Positions 29,344 through 39,697 of a stretch of DNA of 64,000 nucleotides are shown piece by piece; position 1 is the stretch's first letter; each line of letters opens with the position of its first letter. Source of the stretch: an uncultured Anaerococcus sp. (lineage in GTDB: Bacteria; Bacillota; Clostridia; Tissierellales; Peptoniphilaceae); NCBI RefSeq assembly GCF_943912825.1, contig NZ_CALTUX010000004.1:2476-66475 (forward strand), given 5' to 3'. The notes below the pieces were generated by a model that did no database searches, was not told the DNA's origin, and saw only the letters and a program-made list of their open reading frames with translations. A program made the translations under genes and the position numbers.

Positions 29344-30237
29344 CTATCCCTTAACTGCACCTGATGACAATCCACCTACTAGCTCATCTTGTAAGAACAA
29401 GAACAAGAGCATGACTGGTATGGCTGATAAGAATCCACCTGCTGCGAAGGCTGGCTGATTCATGTTTCTCATATCGCTTATTAGTGTAAATAAGCCTGTT
29501 GCCAAGGTGTAGTCAGCTGGATTTGTTAGAAGTATCTTTGGCATCATGTAATCTAGGAATGGTCCTATGAAACATTGAAGGGCTATGATTGCAAGCATTG
29601 GTCTTGCTAGTGGCATGATTATTAGCCTATAGACCTGGAAGTTTGAACAACCATCTATCCTTGCTGCTTCGTCTAGCTCAGGGGATATTGAGTCTAGGTA
29701 GCCCTTTAGGATAAAGGTGTTACCTGCTATTGCTCCACCTGAATAGATTAATATCAGCATCATTGAGCGGGAGAATACTGGCACTATACCTGATATGATT
29801 GTGTGGATGGCATAGAAGGCAGTAATTCCTGCAAAGGCTGGGATTATTTGTACGAGCATGATTGTGATTAATGATGCTTTCTTACCCTTAAATCTGAATC
29901 TTGAGTAGGCATAGCCTGTAAAGGATACAAAGATTAGGGTTAAGGCTGTTGTTGCTGTTGCTATCTTTAGTGTATTTACTACCCATCTGACAAATTGAGT
30001 TTTTTGGAATAAAAACTTAAAGTTGTCAAGTGAGAATACGAACTTACTAGTCATAGATATATATTGGCCTTGGTTGCCGTTAAATGATGAAATTACCATT
30101 ATTGCAAGGGGTACAAGAATGATGGCCGCCCATATAAATAAGACTAAATATGATATACCTAAGGCTAGCTTACCTGCAGCTGATAAGGGCTGGAGGTCAG
30201 ATAAATATAGGTCTTTGTTTTTATTTTTCTTTGCCAT
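29344..30237 (-). CDS. carbohydrate ABC transporter permease (MalG-like)
   Basis: Six TM segments with the EAA loop DEAARIDGCSNFQVYRLIIMP. Confidence 0.85.
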   Translation of the reverse strand: MAKKNKNKDLYLSDLQPLSAAGKLALGISYLVLFIWAAIILVPLAIMVISSFNGNQGQYISMTSKFVFSLDNFKFLFQKTQFVRWVVNTLKIATATTALTLIFVSFTGYAYSRFRFKGKKASLITIMLVQIIPAFAGITAFYAIHTIISGIVPVFSRSMMLILIYSGGAIAGNTFILKGYLDSISPELDEAARIDGCSNFQVYRLIIMPLARPMLAIIALQCFIGPFLDYMMPKILLTNPADYTLATGLFTLISDMRNMNQPAFAAGGFLSAIPVMLLFLFLQDELVGGLSSGAVKG

Positions 30238-30238
30238 A

Positions 30239-32254
30239 TTAATACTCCTTAAAGGCTGATGATTTCATGTAACCTATGAAGGAAATAACTATAAGTAAGA
30301 TTGAAATAAATACAGTTATGGCAGCACCTATAGCTTGGTACTGACTATTCATAGTTAAGTTATAAATGTATGAAATCAAAATATCACTTGATCCCGCTAA
30401 GTTACCATAAACCTGTGGATTGAAAGGTCCACCGCCGTTAAATAGGTAAATTATTGAGAAGTTGTTGAAGTTAAATGTATATTGGTTAATTAGCATTGGC
30501 GCTATTTGGAAGAGTACAAGTGGAATTGTAATCTTGGCTGTAGCTTGCCAACCTGTTGCTCCATCTATACTTGCAGCTTCGTAGAGGTCTTTTGGAATGG
30601 CTTGTAATACTCCTGTTGTGAGTAGGAAGATGTAGGAATGACCCAACCATCCTTGGAGGAGTATGAGGGCAGTTCTAGTTTGAACTGTGTTATTTTTGAT
30701 ATCTAAGCTTACATTAAAGACCGAGTTTATCGCCTCTGTTATTACACCACCACGACTTGTCATGATTGAGAAGAACATGATTGTGATAAAGGCTGGTATT
30801 GCCCATGGCAATAGGTAAACTGTTCTAAATACCTTCTTAGCCTTGATTCTTTCGTTATTTACCATTAGGGCAAAGACAAAGCCTAGGACTATTGCTAGAG
30901 TTGATGCACCTAGGGTCCAAATTATTGTCCAAGCAAAGATATGCCAGAAGGCCTTTCCTGCTATACCTTGACCCTTTGCTATGGTTAGGTAGTTGTTTAG
31001 TCCTATCCATTCAAATTTGTTTTGGTGTTGTGGGTCCATGTTGGTAAAGGAAATTAGGATGGCTGTTATGATTGGCACCATTACTATAAATATTATTACT
31101 AGTAGGGCTGGTGTTGAAATCAAATATGGGAAGCCATCTGTTCTCATCATCTTCTTTGTTTCAAAAAATGAGTTTGGTCTGATACCCTTAAGCTGGTCTT
31201 TTTCTGTCTTGTGGGCATCTTTAAAAGAAAATACGTATATTGCCATAGCAAGTACTACAAATACTATAGCAAGTACACCCTCAATCATAAAGATGATTGA
31301 CCTATCTAGTCTCTTGCCGCCTTGGGCTAAAGATACTAGACCTGCTATACCTTGACCTTGGTAGTTACCGAAGCCTAGGGCATATGGTAGGGCTATTAGA
31401 TAGATAAATAGGGCTCCAAGGAAAAACATTATTGCCTTTTGCCATTGGCCGTTTAATAATTGGCCAAGCCCTGGAATAGGTGCTGATAGTATGGACTTAA
31501 TTGCACTTTGGTTTTCTACTTCGACTGGTGTCCTACGTCTGATGTCAGACCTATCTTCTTCCAAAATCTTCATTGAGTGCTTGTAATCTTGTTTAATCTT
31601 GTAATTTAGAGAATCTATTTCTTCTTTGATAGATTTTTCTGGATTTCTGTAGTCAATTTTTAGATTTTGGTCTTTGAATTTTTGTTTTAATTGTTCTTTG
31701 GTTGCCTTATAGGCTTTCTTTGAGATCAGACCTTCTTTGAAAGATTTTTCTAAATCTTTTAGGTCTTTGTCATATTTTTCCTTAAGGGTAGCTCTATCTT
31801 CTTCGATTAATTTAGCTTCAGCCTTGATATTCTCATCTGTTAGGTTCTTTAATCTTTCCTTAGCATTTGCTAGTTGGTCCTTTAGGTATGAATCGTGTTT
31901 GATTATCTCTGGAATAGAAACAAGGTCTAGTTCATTTAATTTGTAATCAAGAAGTGAGTCATAAGAAAGTTCCTTATTTGCCTCATAGAAGTCTTTCATC
32001 TTACTAGCAATCTGACTTTTTTGATGAAGTTGATTTAGGTATTTCTCCCCATGAGAACTATTATCTTTGACTGCTTCTTTGATAGCTTGATCTAAGAGTT
32101 TTTTCTTCTCTTCTTTATATTCCTTAACTTTTTTATTATAAGGGTGGTCAGCCTTTGAGTACTTATTATTGCCTTCGATTTGATCAATTATATATTGATT
32201 CTTTCTTGGATAAGTCTGGCCCCTCCTATCATAAAGGTTTTTTTCATAAGTCAT
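30239..32254 (-). CDS. carbohydrate ABC transporter permease (MalF-like) with a roughly 270-aa Lys/Glu-rich cytoplasmic N-terminal extension
   Basis: C-terminal 400 aa form a CUT1 permease (EAA loop YEAASIDGATGWQATAKITIP). The N-terminal 270 aa are a charged coiled-coil-like region without TM segments. Confidence 0.8.
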   Translation of the reverse strand: MTYEKNLYDRRGQTYPRKNQYIIDQIEGNNKYSKADHPYNKKVKEYKEEKKKLLDQAIKEAVKDNSSHGEKYLNQLHQKSQIASKMKDFYEANKELSYDSLLDYKLNELDLVSIPEIIKHDSYLKDQLANAKERLKNLTDENIKAEAKLIEEDRATLKEKYDKDLKDLEKSFKEGLISKKAYKATKEQLKQKFKDQNLKIDYRNPEKSIKEEIDSLNYKIKQDYKHSMKILEEDRSDIRRRTPVEVENQSAIKSILSAPIPGLGQLLNGQWQKAIMFFLGALFIYLIALPYALGFGNYQGQGIAGLVSLAQGGKRLDRSIIFMIEGVLAIVFVVLAMAIYVFSFKDAHKTEKDQLKGIRPNSFFETKKMMRTDGFPYLISTPALLVIIFIVMVPIITAILISFTNMDPQHQNKFEWIGLNNYLTIAKGQGIAGKAFWHIFAWTIIWTLGASTLAIVLGFVFALMVNNERIKAKKVFRTVYLLPWAIPAFITIMFFSIMTSRGGVITEAINSVFNVSLDIKNNTVQTRTALILLQGWLGHSYIFLLTTGVLQAIPKDLYEAASIDGATGWQATAKITIPLVLFQIAPMLINQYTFNFNNFSIIYLFNGGGPFNPQVYGNLAGSSDILISYIYNLTMNSQYQAIGAAITVFISILLIVISFIGYMKSSAFKEY

Positions 32255-32260
32255 ATTCTT

Positions 32261-32665
32261 TTACCTTTCTTGCCTTGTGATTACTATTAATAGGGCTATA
32301 TCAAGTATTAGGCCTATATAATAAAATACTGAGCCAAATGAGAATTGTAGGAGGTGATTAATTATTCCAATTAGAGTCATTCCTCCAAAAAATATCTTAT
32401 AAAACATATTTATGCCGTATTTTTTAATAGTAAAAAAGGTGTATAAGGATATTACTATTGGATTGATTACCTTTATAAATAAATTAAATATCAGTGCATT
32501 GAGGTAATCTCCATAAGTAAGCTCCTGCTTTACTTTTGCGATTGTACTGTAAATATCTGGGTCTTTTGCCATCATCATTGTCTCAAGCGAGAAGTTTAGG
32601 ATCAAAAGAGCTGATATTATCAGTATCTGGTAGAGAAATCTTTCTCTTTTTTTTGCTATATCCAT
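32261..32665 (-). CDS. small integral membrane protein, hypothetical
   Basis: 134 aa, 3-4 hydrophobic segments. Lies between the SBP and permease genes of the operon. Confidence 0.4.
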   Translation of the reverse strand: MDIAKKRERFLYQILIISALLILNFSLETMMMAKDPDIYSTIAKVKQELTYGDYLNALIFNLFIKVINPIVISLYTFFTIKKYGINMFYKIFFGGMTLIGIINHLLQFSFGSVFYYIGLILDIALLIVITRQER

Positions 32666-32715
32666 AATACTTGAATAAAGGGCAATCCCTAAGGATCACC
32701 CTCTATTTAATTTAA

Positions 32716-34068
32716 TTATTTGTTAAAGTTAGCCATCATTGAATCAAATGAAGCTTTTATTTCTGCATATGCTGCCTTTTCGTCTGCTGGTTTTACAGAG
32801 TTCCAAGATAGGATTGCGTTTTTGTAGGTATCCCAAACATCGCCCCACTCTTTGAATAGTGGTCTTGCTGGAGCTTCTTTGTAAGAAGCGATTGTAGCTT
32901 CAATAATATTTTTATCTACATCTGGAAGATCCATTTCTTTATATTTATCTACTGGTACGTTTTCAAGAATCTTACCTGAAGCCTTGTATAGGTCTGCTGC
33001 AAATTCTGGGTTTACAATTTCTTTGATCATAGCTTCTGCAAGAGCTACCTTGTCAGCATCTTCTTCTATTCTAGCGTTCATTGCAAGTCCCCAACCACCT
33101 TGCCAGTGTGTTAGTGGTTTGCCTGCTAATGTTAGTTGGCCAATTGGATGAATTTCTAGGTTGCCTTCGCCTGCTTGTTCGCCTATAGCAGCTGCATCCC
33201 ATGGTCCACCAAGTCTAGCAACACCGCCGTTGCCTGGTTTGAATGTATCATCTATATAACCCCAACCTGCATCAGCATCAAATAATTGTGTGCCAGCTTC
33301 GTTGTGTTTTTTCCAATAATCGAAAAGTGCCTTAACTGTAGCTTGTTTTTCTGGTTCAAGCTCATCCCATTCTTTAGTAAAGTCTGAGTAAAGTGTTCCG
33401 TCTTCTTTTTTGCCAAGAAGTTCGATATTTGAAGAGTTAGTAGCAGCAACGCCGTACCAAGCATCAAATAATGGGAATAAAACTGTAGATTCATCTGCAA
33501 CATCTTCAATTTCGATAGGTTTAGATAGGTCTACATTCTTTTCTTTAGCATTTGCTGAGTTTACATAAGTGATAAGTGTTTCTATATTGAATGGGAAAGC
33601 AAAATATTCACCATCTATATTGAAGTTTCCACCTAATCCCTTATCAAAGTCATCCCAACCACCGATTTCTTCAGCAAGTTTTTTAGAATCAATTGCGCCA
33701 AGTACGTCATTACCATGTAGACCGTAAAGTCTATCTGCAGGAATTGCAAAAAGGTCAGCAACGTCTTCATTTGTAGCATCTGTAGAATCGATAATATCTA
33801 AGTTGTCAAAAGAACCAACTGTTTTAATCTCGATATCTGCATTAGGGAATTGTTTTTTAACACGTTCTGCTGCAGCTTTGTAATAATCTACCCAACCTTC
33901 TTCAGCTTGAACTGTTAACTTTGTAGCAGCATCGGTATTAGCAGCTTCTTTAGTGTCTGCTCCCTTATCTGCATCCTTAGCTCCACCACAAGCTGTAAGA
34001 ACAACAGCTAGAGATAAAGCCATGAGTGACTTAAACTTATTTTTCATGTATTCCTCCTGTGATTTCAA
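32716..34068 (-). CDS. ABC transporter sugar-binding lipoprotein (MalE-like family 1 SBP)
   Basis: Lipobox VLTACGG. 450 aa. First gene of the SBP-permease-permease-ATPase operon. Confidence 0.8.
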   Translation of the reverse strand: MKSQEEYMKNKFKSLMALSLAVVLTACGGAKDADKGADTKEAANTDAATKLTVQAEEGWVDYYKAAAERVKKQFPNADIEIKTVGSFDNLDIIDSTDATNEDVADLFAIPADRLYGLHGNDVLGAIDSKKLAEEIGGWDDFDKGLGGNFNIDGEYFAFPFNIETLITYVNSANAKEKNVDLSKPIEIEDVADESTVLFPLFDAWYGVAATNSSNIELLGKKEDGTLYSDFTKEWDELEPEKQATVKALFDYWKKHNEAGTQLFDADAGWGYIDDTFKPGNGGVARLGGPWDAAAIGEQAGEGNLEIHPIGQLTLAGKPLTHWQGGWGLAMNARIEEDADKVALAEAMIKEIVNPEFAADLYKASGKILENVPVDKYKEMDLPDVDKNIIEATIASYKEAPARPLFKEWGDVWDTYKNAILSWNSVKPADEKAAYAEIKASFDSMMANFNK

Positions 34069-34235
34069 GTGAAATCGTATTCTTTATACCCATATTATAG
34101 CTTATATTTTCATAATTGTCAAAAATTTGTCTTAAGTATATTAGTTTGTTAACTCACTCAAAAAATAAATTCCGCTTGAATCTTTATAAACTCAAACTTA
34201 TAATATAAAAGTAAAGAAAAATCAAAGGAGAAAAT

Positions 34236-34880
34236 ATGTCAAAAACACTCGGACCCATCCATTATATGATGTATGAAAAAATAAAGTTCCAAGATAAAAT
34301 TACAGACTACCTAATGGATGGTCATATTCAAGATATAAAACAAGATCCGGTTTCAACAAAACCCCTAGAAGAAATTCTAGATCAAGAAAACATCCATGGC
34401 TATTTGCAAGAAAAAATAGATATAGTAGAAACAAGGCTAGCCAAGGCCCTAAACTTAGCCAAAGACCCTGATGAAAAATTATACAAATTAGGACAGGAGT
34501 GTGGCAAAGACAAGGACTTTTCAAGCTTTGAACAAGTCTTTAGGGACCTAAACACCTATCTCCTAGATGGGATGCCATGCGATCAGGGACTTTCTGCCAT
34601 GGTCGATGGAGAAAGCCTCTATCTAATTACAAATAACAACCTCCACTCCAAATACGATGAGGAAATAGACCTAGAAAAATCAAAAGAAGCGACATGTGAG
34701 GGAGGCCACGGCCACGATCACCACGAATCCTTCGAAATCCAAGAAGGAAATCTTGACCTAAAAGAAGAAAATTCCACCTACCACACCCACCGCCTAGCCT
34801 TTCTAAAAGGCTACTTCAGCGACAGCCCCTATGATGTAGAACTTATAAATGGCATAAATTACAAAATATCACCAAGATAG
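34236..34880 (+). CDS. hypothetical protein
   Basis: ORF with a good RBS (AAAGGAG-N7-ATG). His-rich EGGHGHDHHE segment. No recognisable family. Confidence 0.45.
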   Translation: MSKTLGPIHYMMYEKIKFQDKITDYLMDGHIQDIKQDPVSTKPLEEILDQENIHGYLQEKIDIVETRLAKALNLAKDPDEKLYKLGQECGKDKDFSSFEQVFRDLNTYLLDGMPCDQGLSAMVDGESLYLITNNNLHSKYDEEIDLEKSKEATCEGGHGHDHHESFEIQEGNLDLKEENSTYHTHRLAFLKGYFSDSPYDVELINGINYKISPR

Positions 34881-34970
34881 AAAAATCGCCCTAGCTTCAT
34901 GCCGGGGCGATTTTTAATTTTGATGGTCAGATTAAAGAAGAAAATAGTATAATAAAAGCCGAGGTGAAAC

Positions 34971-36044
34971 ATGCAAAAAAAAGAAATCAACGAAATCAGA
35001 AAAATAATCAGACCTGACCAATCAAGGCTTGATACCATCTATACTTACTATATAAATGCAGAGGGAGAAATAATCTTTGAAGATGCCTTTGCCTATGGGC
35101 TTTTAACTATCAGAGAAAAAGACCTTTATGATGAAATTTTCAAAAAAGCCCTCTCAGGTACCCTTGAGAAAAATCTCCTAAACCTAGAATTTACCGGCAA
35201 GTATGAGACAAATTCCCAGCAAGAACTCTTCTACCAAATTTCAAAGGCCAATGAAGAAACTGATGTAAATACCCTAGTAGAAAAGATAAGGAAAAGCTAC
35301 CAGACAGATGGCAACTACGCCATAATCCTAGGCCATGGAGTCTATGATGTAATCGAAAAAGCCCAAGACGGGTCCTATTCAGGCGATAGCGAAGAGACCT
35401 ATTCCTTCTTCATCCTAGCCATCTGCCCGACAGCAAGTCCAAAAGCTAAGCTAATCTATGACCAAGAAGAAAAGAAATTTTCCGAAAGTGAAAACAAATC
35501 TACAGTCAAGGCCCCAGACTTTGGCCTCCTTTACCCATCCTTCACAGATAGGCAATCCCACATCTACGAATGTCTCTACTATGTCAAAAACAATAGCAAA
35601 AGAGACGAGGCCTTCGAAGAGGAAATCTTAGCTTGTACTATGCCAAGCAAGGTAGACTACCAGCAGGACTATTACAAAATCCTAGTCGAAGAATCCCTAG
35701 AAGATAAGAAAACCATCAAAAACCTGGTAAGCCTCAATGACAAGCTCAAAGATCTGTCAGAAGAAGGCAAGGAAAGCGAGATAATCCCAACACTAGAAAA
35801 AGAGGAAATCAAAGAAATCCTAGAATCCCTAGGCGGCAAGGAAGTAGAAATAGAAGAAGACACCAAGCTAATAGTAGATAACATCCTTGCCAAAGACTAT
35901 AAGCTAGTCTCAGATACCGGCATAAAAATCACCATCCCAGAAGATGAAATCACAAGCATAAAAGAAGAAAAAATAGACGGCAAATCCTACATCCTAATCC
36001 CTGCCACAGGCATGGACTTAAATGGGATAAAGTTATCTAAATAG
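34971..36044 (+). CDS. hypothetical protein (DUF4317-like)
   Basis: 357 aa acidic protein. The N-terminal region EINEIRKIIRPDQSRLDTIYTYYINAEGEII resembles DUF4317-family proteins of Firmicutes. The assignment is tentative. Confidence 0.45.
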   Translation: MQKKEINEIRKIIRPDQSRLDTIYTYYINAEGEIIFEDAFAYGLLTIREKDLYDEIFKKALSGTLEKNLLNLEFTGKYETNSQQELFYQISKANEETDVNTLVEKIRKSYQTDGNYAIILGHGVYDVIEKAQDGSYSGDSEETYSFFILAICPTASPKAKLIYDQEEKKFSESENKSTVKAPDFGLLYPSFTDRQSHIYECLYYVKNNSKRDEAFEEEILACTMPSKVDYQQDYYKILVEESLEDKKTIKNLVSLNDKLKDLSEEGKESEIIPTLEKEEIKEILESLGGKEVEIEEDTKLIVDNILAKDYKLVSDTGIKITIPEDEITSIKEEKIDGKSYILIPATGMDLNGIKLSK

Positions 36045-36078
36045 AAAAAATGGAGCTGTTGCAAAACTATGAATAACT

Positions 36079-36220
36079 ATCGTCCCATCATTAGAGAAAA
36101 GCCCGTCGGCTCTTTGAGACTCTCCTAGAAAATTTTTGGGCCGACCGTCGGCTTCGAATTGCCTGCCGGCTCGTGGAGGCAAAATTTTCGTTGAGGTTCC
36201 TCTAATGATTTGGGACGATT
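36079..36220. repeat. about 140-bp MITE-like element bounded by 18-bp terminal inverted repeats; member of a dispersed repeat family
   Basis: TIRs atcgtcccatcattagag (36079-36096) and ctctaatgatttgggacgat (36201-36220). Internal motifs aagcccgtcggctc and ccggctcgtgg recur in reverse complement at 44690-44710 and 44925-44945. Confidence 0.55.
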
Positions 36221-36265
36221 TATTCATTCTGTAACAGCCCCATTTCGGGAGGGATACATTTATTT

Positions 36266-37369
36266 TTATTCTTCTACTAGGTGTCTAATCAAAGAATGTC
36301 CGTCTTCCTTATCAAAATATTTTATTTTCTCAGCATTAAAACTGATATTTATAAAGCTATCCTTAGTATAGGATTCCTTATCGCCCTTTATGATGAATTC
36401 TTCATCTCCTATGCTTGCATAAAAGATTGTGTCAGAGCCTAAAAGTTCTGATAATTTCATATCAGCGTGGAACTTGTTACCATAGTCAGCTTCTGTGCTT
36501 ATATCTTCTGGTCTAATTCCAAATATCAAGTCTTTTCCGTCATAACCAAGGTCTTTTAGTTTTTGATATTGGTCTTCAGGAATCTTTATGGCTAAGTCTT
36601 CGCCTTTTCTTAAATAGCCATCTTCAAGTCTTGCTTCTACCAAGTTCATGGCAGGTGAGCCTATAAAGCTTGCCACAAAGGTGTTGGCTGGGTCATCATA
36701 AAGCTCTATTGGACTTCCAATTTGCTGGATGAGTCCTTCATTCATTATGACTATCCTGTCAGCCATGGTCATGGCCTCTGTCTGATCGTGGGTTACATAG
36801 ATTGTTGTGGCATCTAATTGGTCATGGAGCTTTGAAATTTCAGCCCTCATTTGCATACGAAGTTTTGCATCAAGGTTTGATAGGGGCTCATCCATCAAAA
36901 ATACCTTGGCATCCCTTACTATAGCACGACCTAGGGCCACCCTTTGTCTTTGACCACCAGATAGGTCTGCAGGTTTCCTGTCTAAATATTCATCAAGACC
37001 TAGAACTGCACTTGCTCCCCTTACTTTCTTGTCTATCTCATCTTTTTTATATTTCCTTAGTTTTAGACCAAAGGCCATATTGTCATAGACATTCTTGTGT
37101 GGATAGAGGGCGTAGGATTGAAATACCATTGCAATTCCACGGTCCTTTGAAGGAACCATATTCATAAGCTTGCCATCTATATATAATTTTCCCTTTGTAA
37201 TATGCTCAAGTCCTGCAATCATCCTAAGTGTTGTAGACTTACCACATCCTGATGGACCTACAAAGACTATAAATTCCCCATCTTTTATATCTAGATTAAA
37301 GTCTTTTACAGAATAATCAGTCGCCTTGTCGTATTTTTTATAAACATTTTCTAATTTTATATCTACCAT
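36266..37369 (-). CDS. sugar ABC transporter ATP-binding protein (MsmK/MalK type), paralogue 3 of 3
   Basis: GPSGCGKST, SGGQRQRVALGRA, FLMDEPLSNLD, TOBE C-terminus. Confidence 0.9.
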   Translation of the reverse strand: MVDIKLENVYKKYDKATDYSVKDFNLDIKDGEFIVFVGPSGCGKSTTLRMIAGLEHITKGKLYIDGKLMNMVPSKDRGIAMVFQSYALYPHKNVYDNMAFGLKLRKYKKDEIDKKVRGASAVLGLDEYLDRKPADLSGGQRQRVALGRAIVRDAKVFLMDEPLSNLDAKLRMQMRAEISKLHDQLDATTIYVTHDQTEAMTMADRIVIMNEGLIQQIGSPIELYDDPANTFVASFIGSPAMNLVEARLEDGYLRKGEDLAIKIPEDQYQKLKDLGYDGKDLIFGIRPEDISTEADYGNKFHADMKLSELLGSDTIFYASIGDEEFIIKGDKESYTKDSFINISFNAEKIKYFDKEDGHSLIRHLVEE

Positions 37370-37371
37370 AA

Positions 37372-38247
37372 TTATCCAACCTTTTCTCTTGCCTTATCTC
37401 TTGCTAGGAGGAGTGCTCCGATTATCGCAGATTCGCCATTTCTTTCAGGTTTTACGATGTATTTATCTACATTTTCAACTGAGATATAGTCATTCATTAG
37501 TTTTTTATAATTATCTCTAACCTTTTCTATTAGGCCTTCTTTTTGAATAACACCACCACCTAGGACTATCACATCTGGGTTAAAGGCTAGGACTGTATTA
37601 TAAACGCACTGACCTATATAATAGGCTTCTATATCCCAAAACTCATCTCCTATAGGAAGGTCTTTGCCTGGGATTCCAAATCTCTTTTCGATTGATGGAC
37701 CAGATGCAAGACCTTCAAGGCATGCTCCATGAGCATAACATATTCCATCAAACTTATCATCTGGATGTTTATTCACAATCATGTGGCCTAGTTCTTGGTG
37801 GCCCCTGCCTCCTATAAAGTCCTTATTTTGTATAACTCCTCCGCCTACTCCTGTACCAAAGGTGTAATAGGCTAGGGAATTTTTACCCTTGCCTGCACCT
37901 TCCTTTAATTCCCCATAGGCTGCTGCATTGACATCTGTTGTAAGATATACATCCTTACCAAGTCCCTTTTCTAAGGAACCTACAAAATCAAAGTTTTGCC
38001 AGCCTTTTTTAGGAGTATTTAAGATGTAACCATAGGTCTTAGATTCTGGATTTATATCTACTGGACCAAAGGTTCCAAGGCCTATCGCTTTTAAATCCTT
38101 CTTATATTTGCCAAAGAAGTCTATCATTTCATTGATATTTTCTTCAGGAAGTGTGGTAGGAAATTGAATTTTTTCTATAATATTAAAATTTTCATCACTT
38201 ACGGCACAAATCATCTTTGTGCCGCCAGCTTCTATTGCTCCGTACAT
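37372..38247 (-). CDS. ROK-family fructokinase
   Basis: IEAGGTK N-terminus and ROK zinc motif DGICYAHGACLEGLASG. Adjacent to GH32. Confidence 0.8.
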   Translation of the reverse strand: MYGAIEAGGTKMICAVSDENFNIIEKIQFPTTLPEENINEMIDFFGKYKKDLKAIGLGTFGPVDINPESKTYGYILNTPKKGWQNFDFVGSLEKGLGKDVYLTTDVNAAAYGELKEGAGKGKNSLAYYTFGTGVGGGVIQNKDFIGGRGHQELGHMIVNKHPDDKFDGICYAHGACLEGLASGPSIEKRFGIPGKDLPIGDEFWDIEAYYIGQCVYNTVLAFNPDVIVLGGGVIQKEGLIEKVRDNYKKLMNDYISVENVDKYIVKPERNGESAIIGALLLARDKAREKVG

Positions 38248-39689
38248 TTATTCTCTCCCAGCAGGTCATAAATTCTTATCTCATCAAGCAGATCTTTTTC
38301 TTCTATTATTATCCTATCCAATTCACAATCAGAATAATAGGTATTGGATATAGAATAATCATCATTGATATATACCTGAATTGATGACCTATCTACTATG
38401 ATTTTAAACTTATTCTCATCTTTAAAGTCTAGATCAAAGGATTTTTTATTTATATCAAAATCATGTTCTGTCTTTATCTTGTAGGCCATCTTTGATCTAT
38501 CAAAACTTGCCTTATTATTTGCTAAGTCAAAGTTAAAATCAAAGGCTTCTTTATCATTTGCAAGGCTTAATTTTAAAAGCCCTCTTTGCTTTGTTTCAAA
38601 CTCTATGAAATTGCCATTTTCTAAGCTAATTGGCCCTTCGCTTATATTTTCTTTTTTGACTAGGGTCTTTTTTGCTAAGGCCTTTGGGTGGATGGTTCTT
38701 TTTATCTTGCCATCTTCTTCAAAAATTAATTGAGGAATTGTCATCTGTCCCATCCATTTGTGGCCTTCTTCTCCTGGTATTAGGCTTGAGCCCCAAGCTT
38801 GGTTCCAAGCTATGGCAAAGTAGCCACCATCTTCCTTGGCACTTTGAGGAGCATAATAGTCAAAGCCAAAGTCCATCTCTCTAGTAGATTCTGCCAGGAA
38901 TTTGTAATTATCCCAATCCATCCTTCCTTCTATTAGCATAGTCTTGTGTGGATGTTTTTTGCCTTGGTAATTATAATTCATGGCACTTACTAAGAGGACC
39001 GCCTTATTATCTTCAAAGAGTAAAAGGTCTGGGCATTCTGCCATATCCCCTAGATAGGCTTCATCTGATATGAGTATAGACTTATAGGTCCAAGCTAGCA
39101 TATCTTCTGATTCGTACAATAGAACTGTGCCTATTTTCTCATCTGTCTTTGTTCCTATCACTGCATAATACTTGCCATCTTTCTTGAAGACTTTAGGGTC
39201 TCTGAAGTCTTCTTTTGAGATATTAGCTGGCAGGTCTTTTTCATCAAGAACAGGATTATTGGCATATTTTTCAAAGTTTATATAATCTTTTGACCTAGCT
39301 ATATTTTGATTTTGCCTTACCTGACCGTGGTCAGTTTCTGTAAGGTGGCCTGTATACATTAGGTAGAGCTCATCTCCTACAAAAATTGCAGATCCGGAAA
39401 ATACTCCATTTTTATCATAGGCCATATCAGGGGCTAGGGCTACTGGTAGGTTTTCCCATACTAGTCCATCCTTAGTCCTTGCATGACCCCAATGCATAGG
39501 GCCGTGGCAAGCATCATAAGGATAGTGTTGGTAGAATAGATGATAATAATCATCCTTTACACTGACCCCATTTGGATCGTTAATCCAACCTATTGGCGCA
39601 GCGTAATTTATTTTTGGGAAAAACTTTTTATTGATAGACTCTTTATTCTTTTCTATAAATTCATTGGCGTTTTTCACATTAAATTCCAT
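38232..39689 (-). CDS. glycoside hydrolase family 32 (sucrose-6-phosphate hydrolase / beta-fructofuranosidase)
   Basis: WINDPNG-type motif GWINDPNGV, RDP motif FRDPKVF, EC motif MAECPDL. Confidence 0.85.
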   Translation of the reverse strand: MEFNVKNANEFIEKNKESINKKFFPKINYAAPIGWINDPNGVSVKDDYYHLFYQHYPYDACHGPMHWGHARTKDGLVWENLPVALAPDMAYDKNGVFSGSAIFVGDELYLMYTGHLTETDHGQVRQNQNIARSKDYINFEKYANNPVLDEKDLPANISKEDFRDPKVFKKDGKYYAVIGTKTDEKIGTVLLYESEDMLAWTYKSILISDEAYLGDMAECPDLLLFEDNKAVLLVSAMNYNYQGKKHPHKTMLIEGRMDWDNYKFLAESTREMDFGFDYYAPQSAKEDGGYFAIAWNQAWGSSLIPGEEGHKWMGQMTIPQLIFEEDGKIKRTIHPKALAKKTLVKKENISEGPISLENGNFIEFETKQRGLLKLSLANDKEAFDFNFDLANNKASFDRSKMAYKIKTEHDFDINKKSFDLDFKDENKFKIIVDRSSIQVYINDDYSISNTYYSDCELDRIIIEEKDLLDEIRIYDLLGENKCTEQ

Positions 39690-39697
39690 TATTACCC

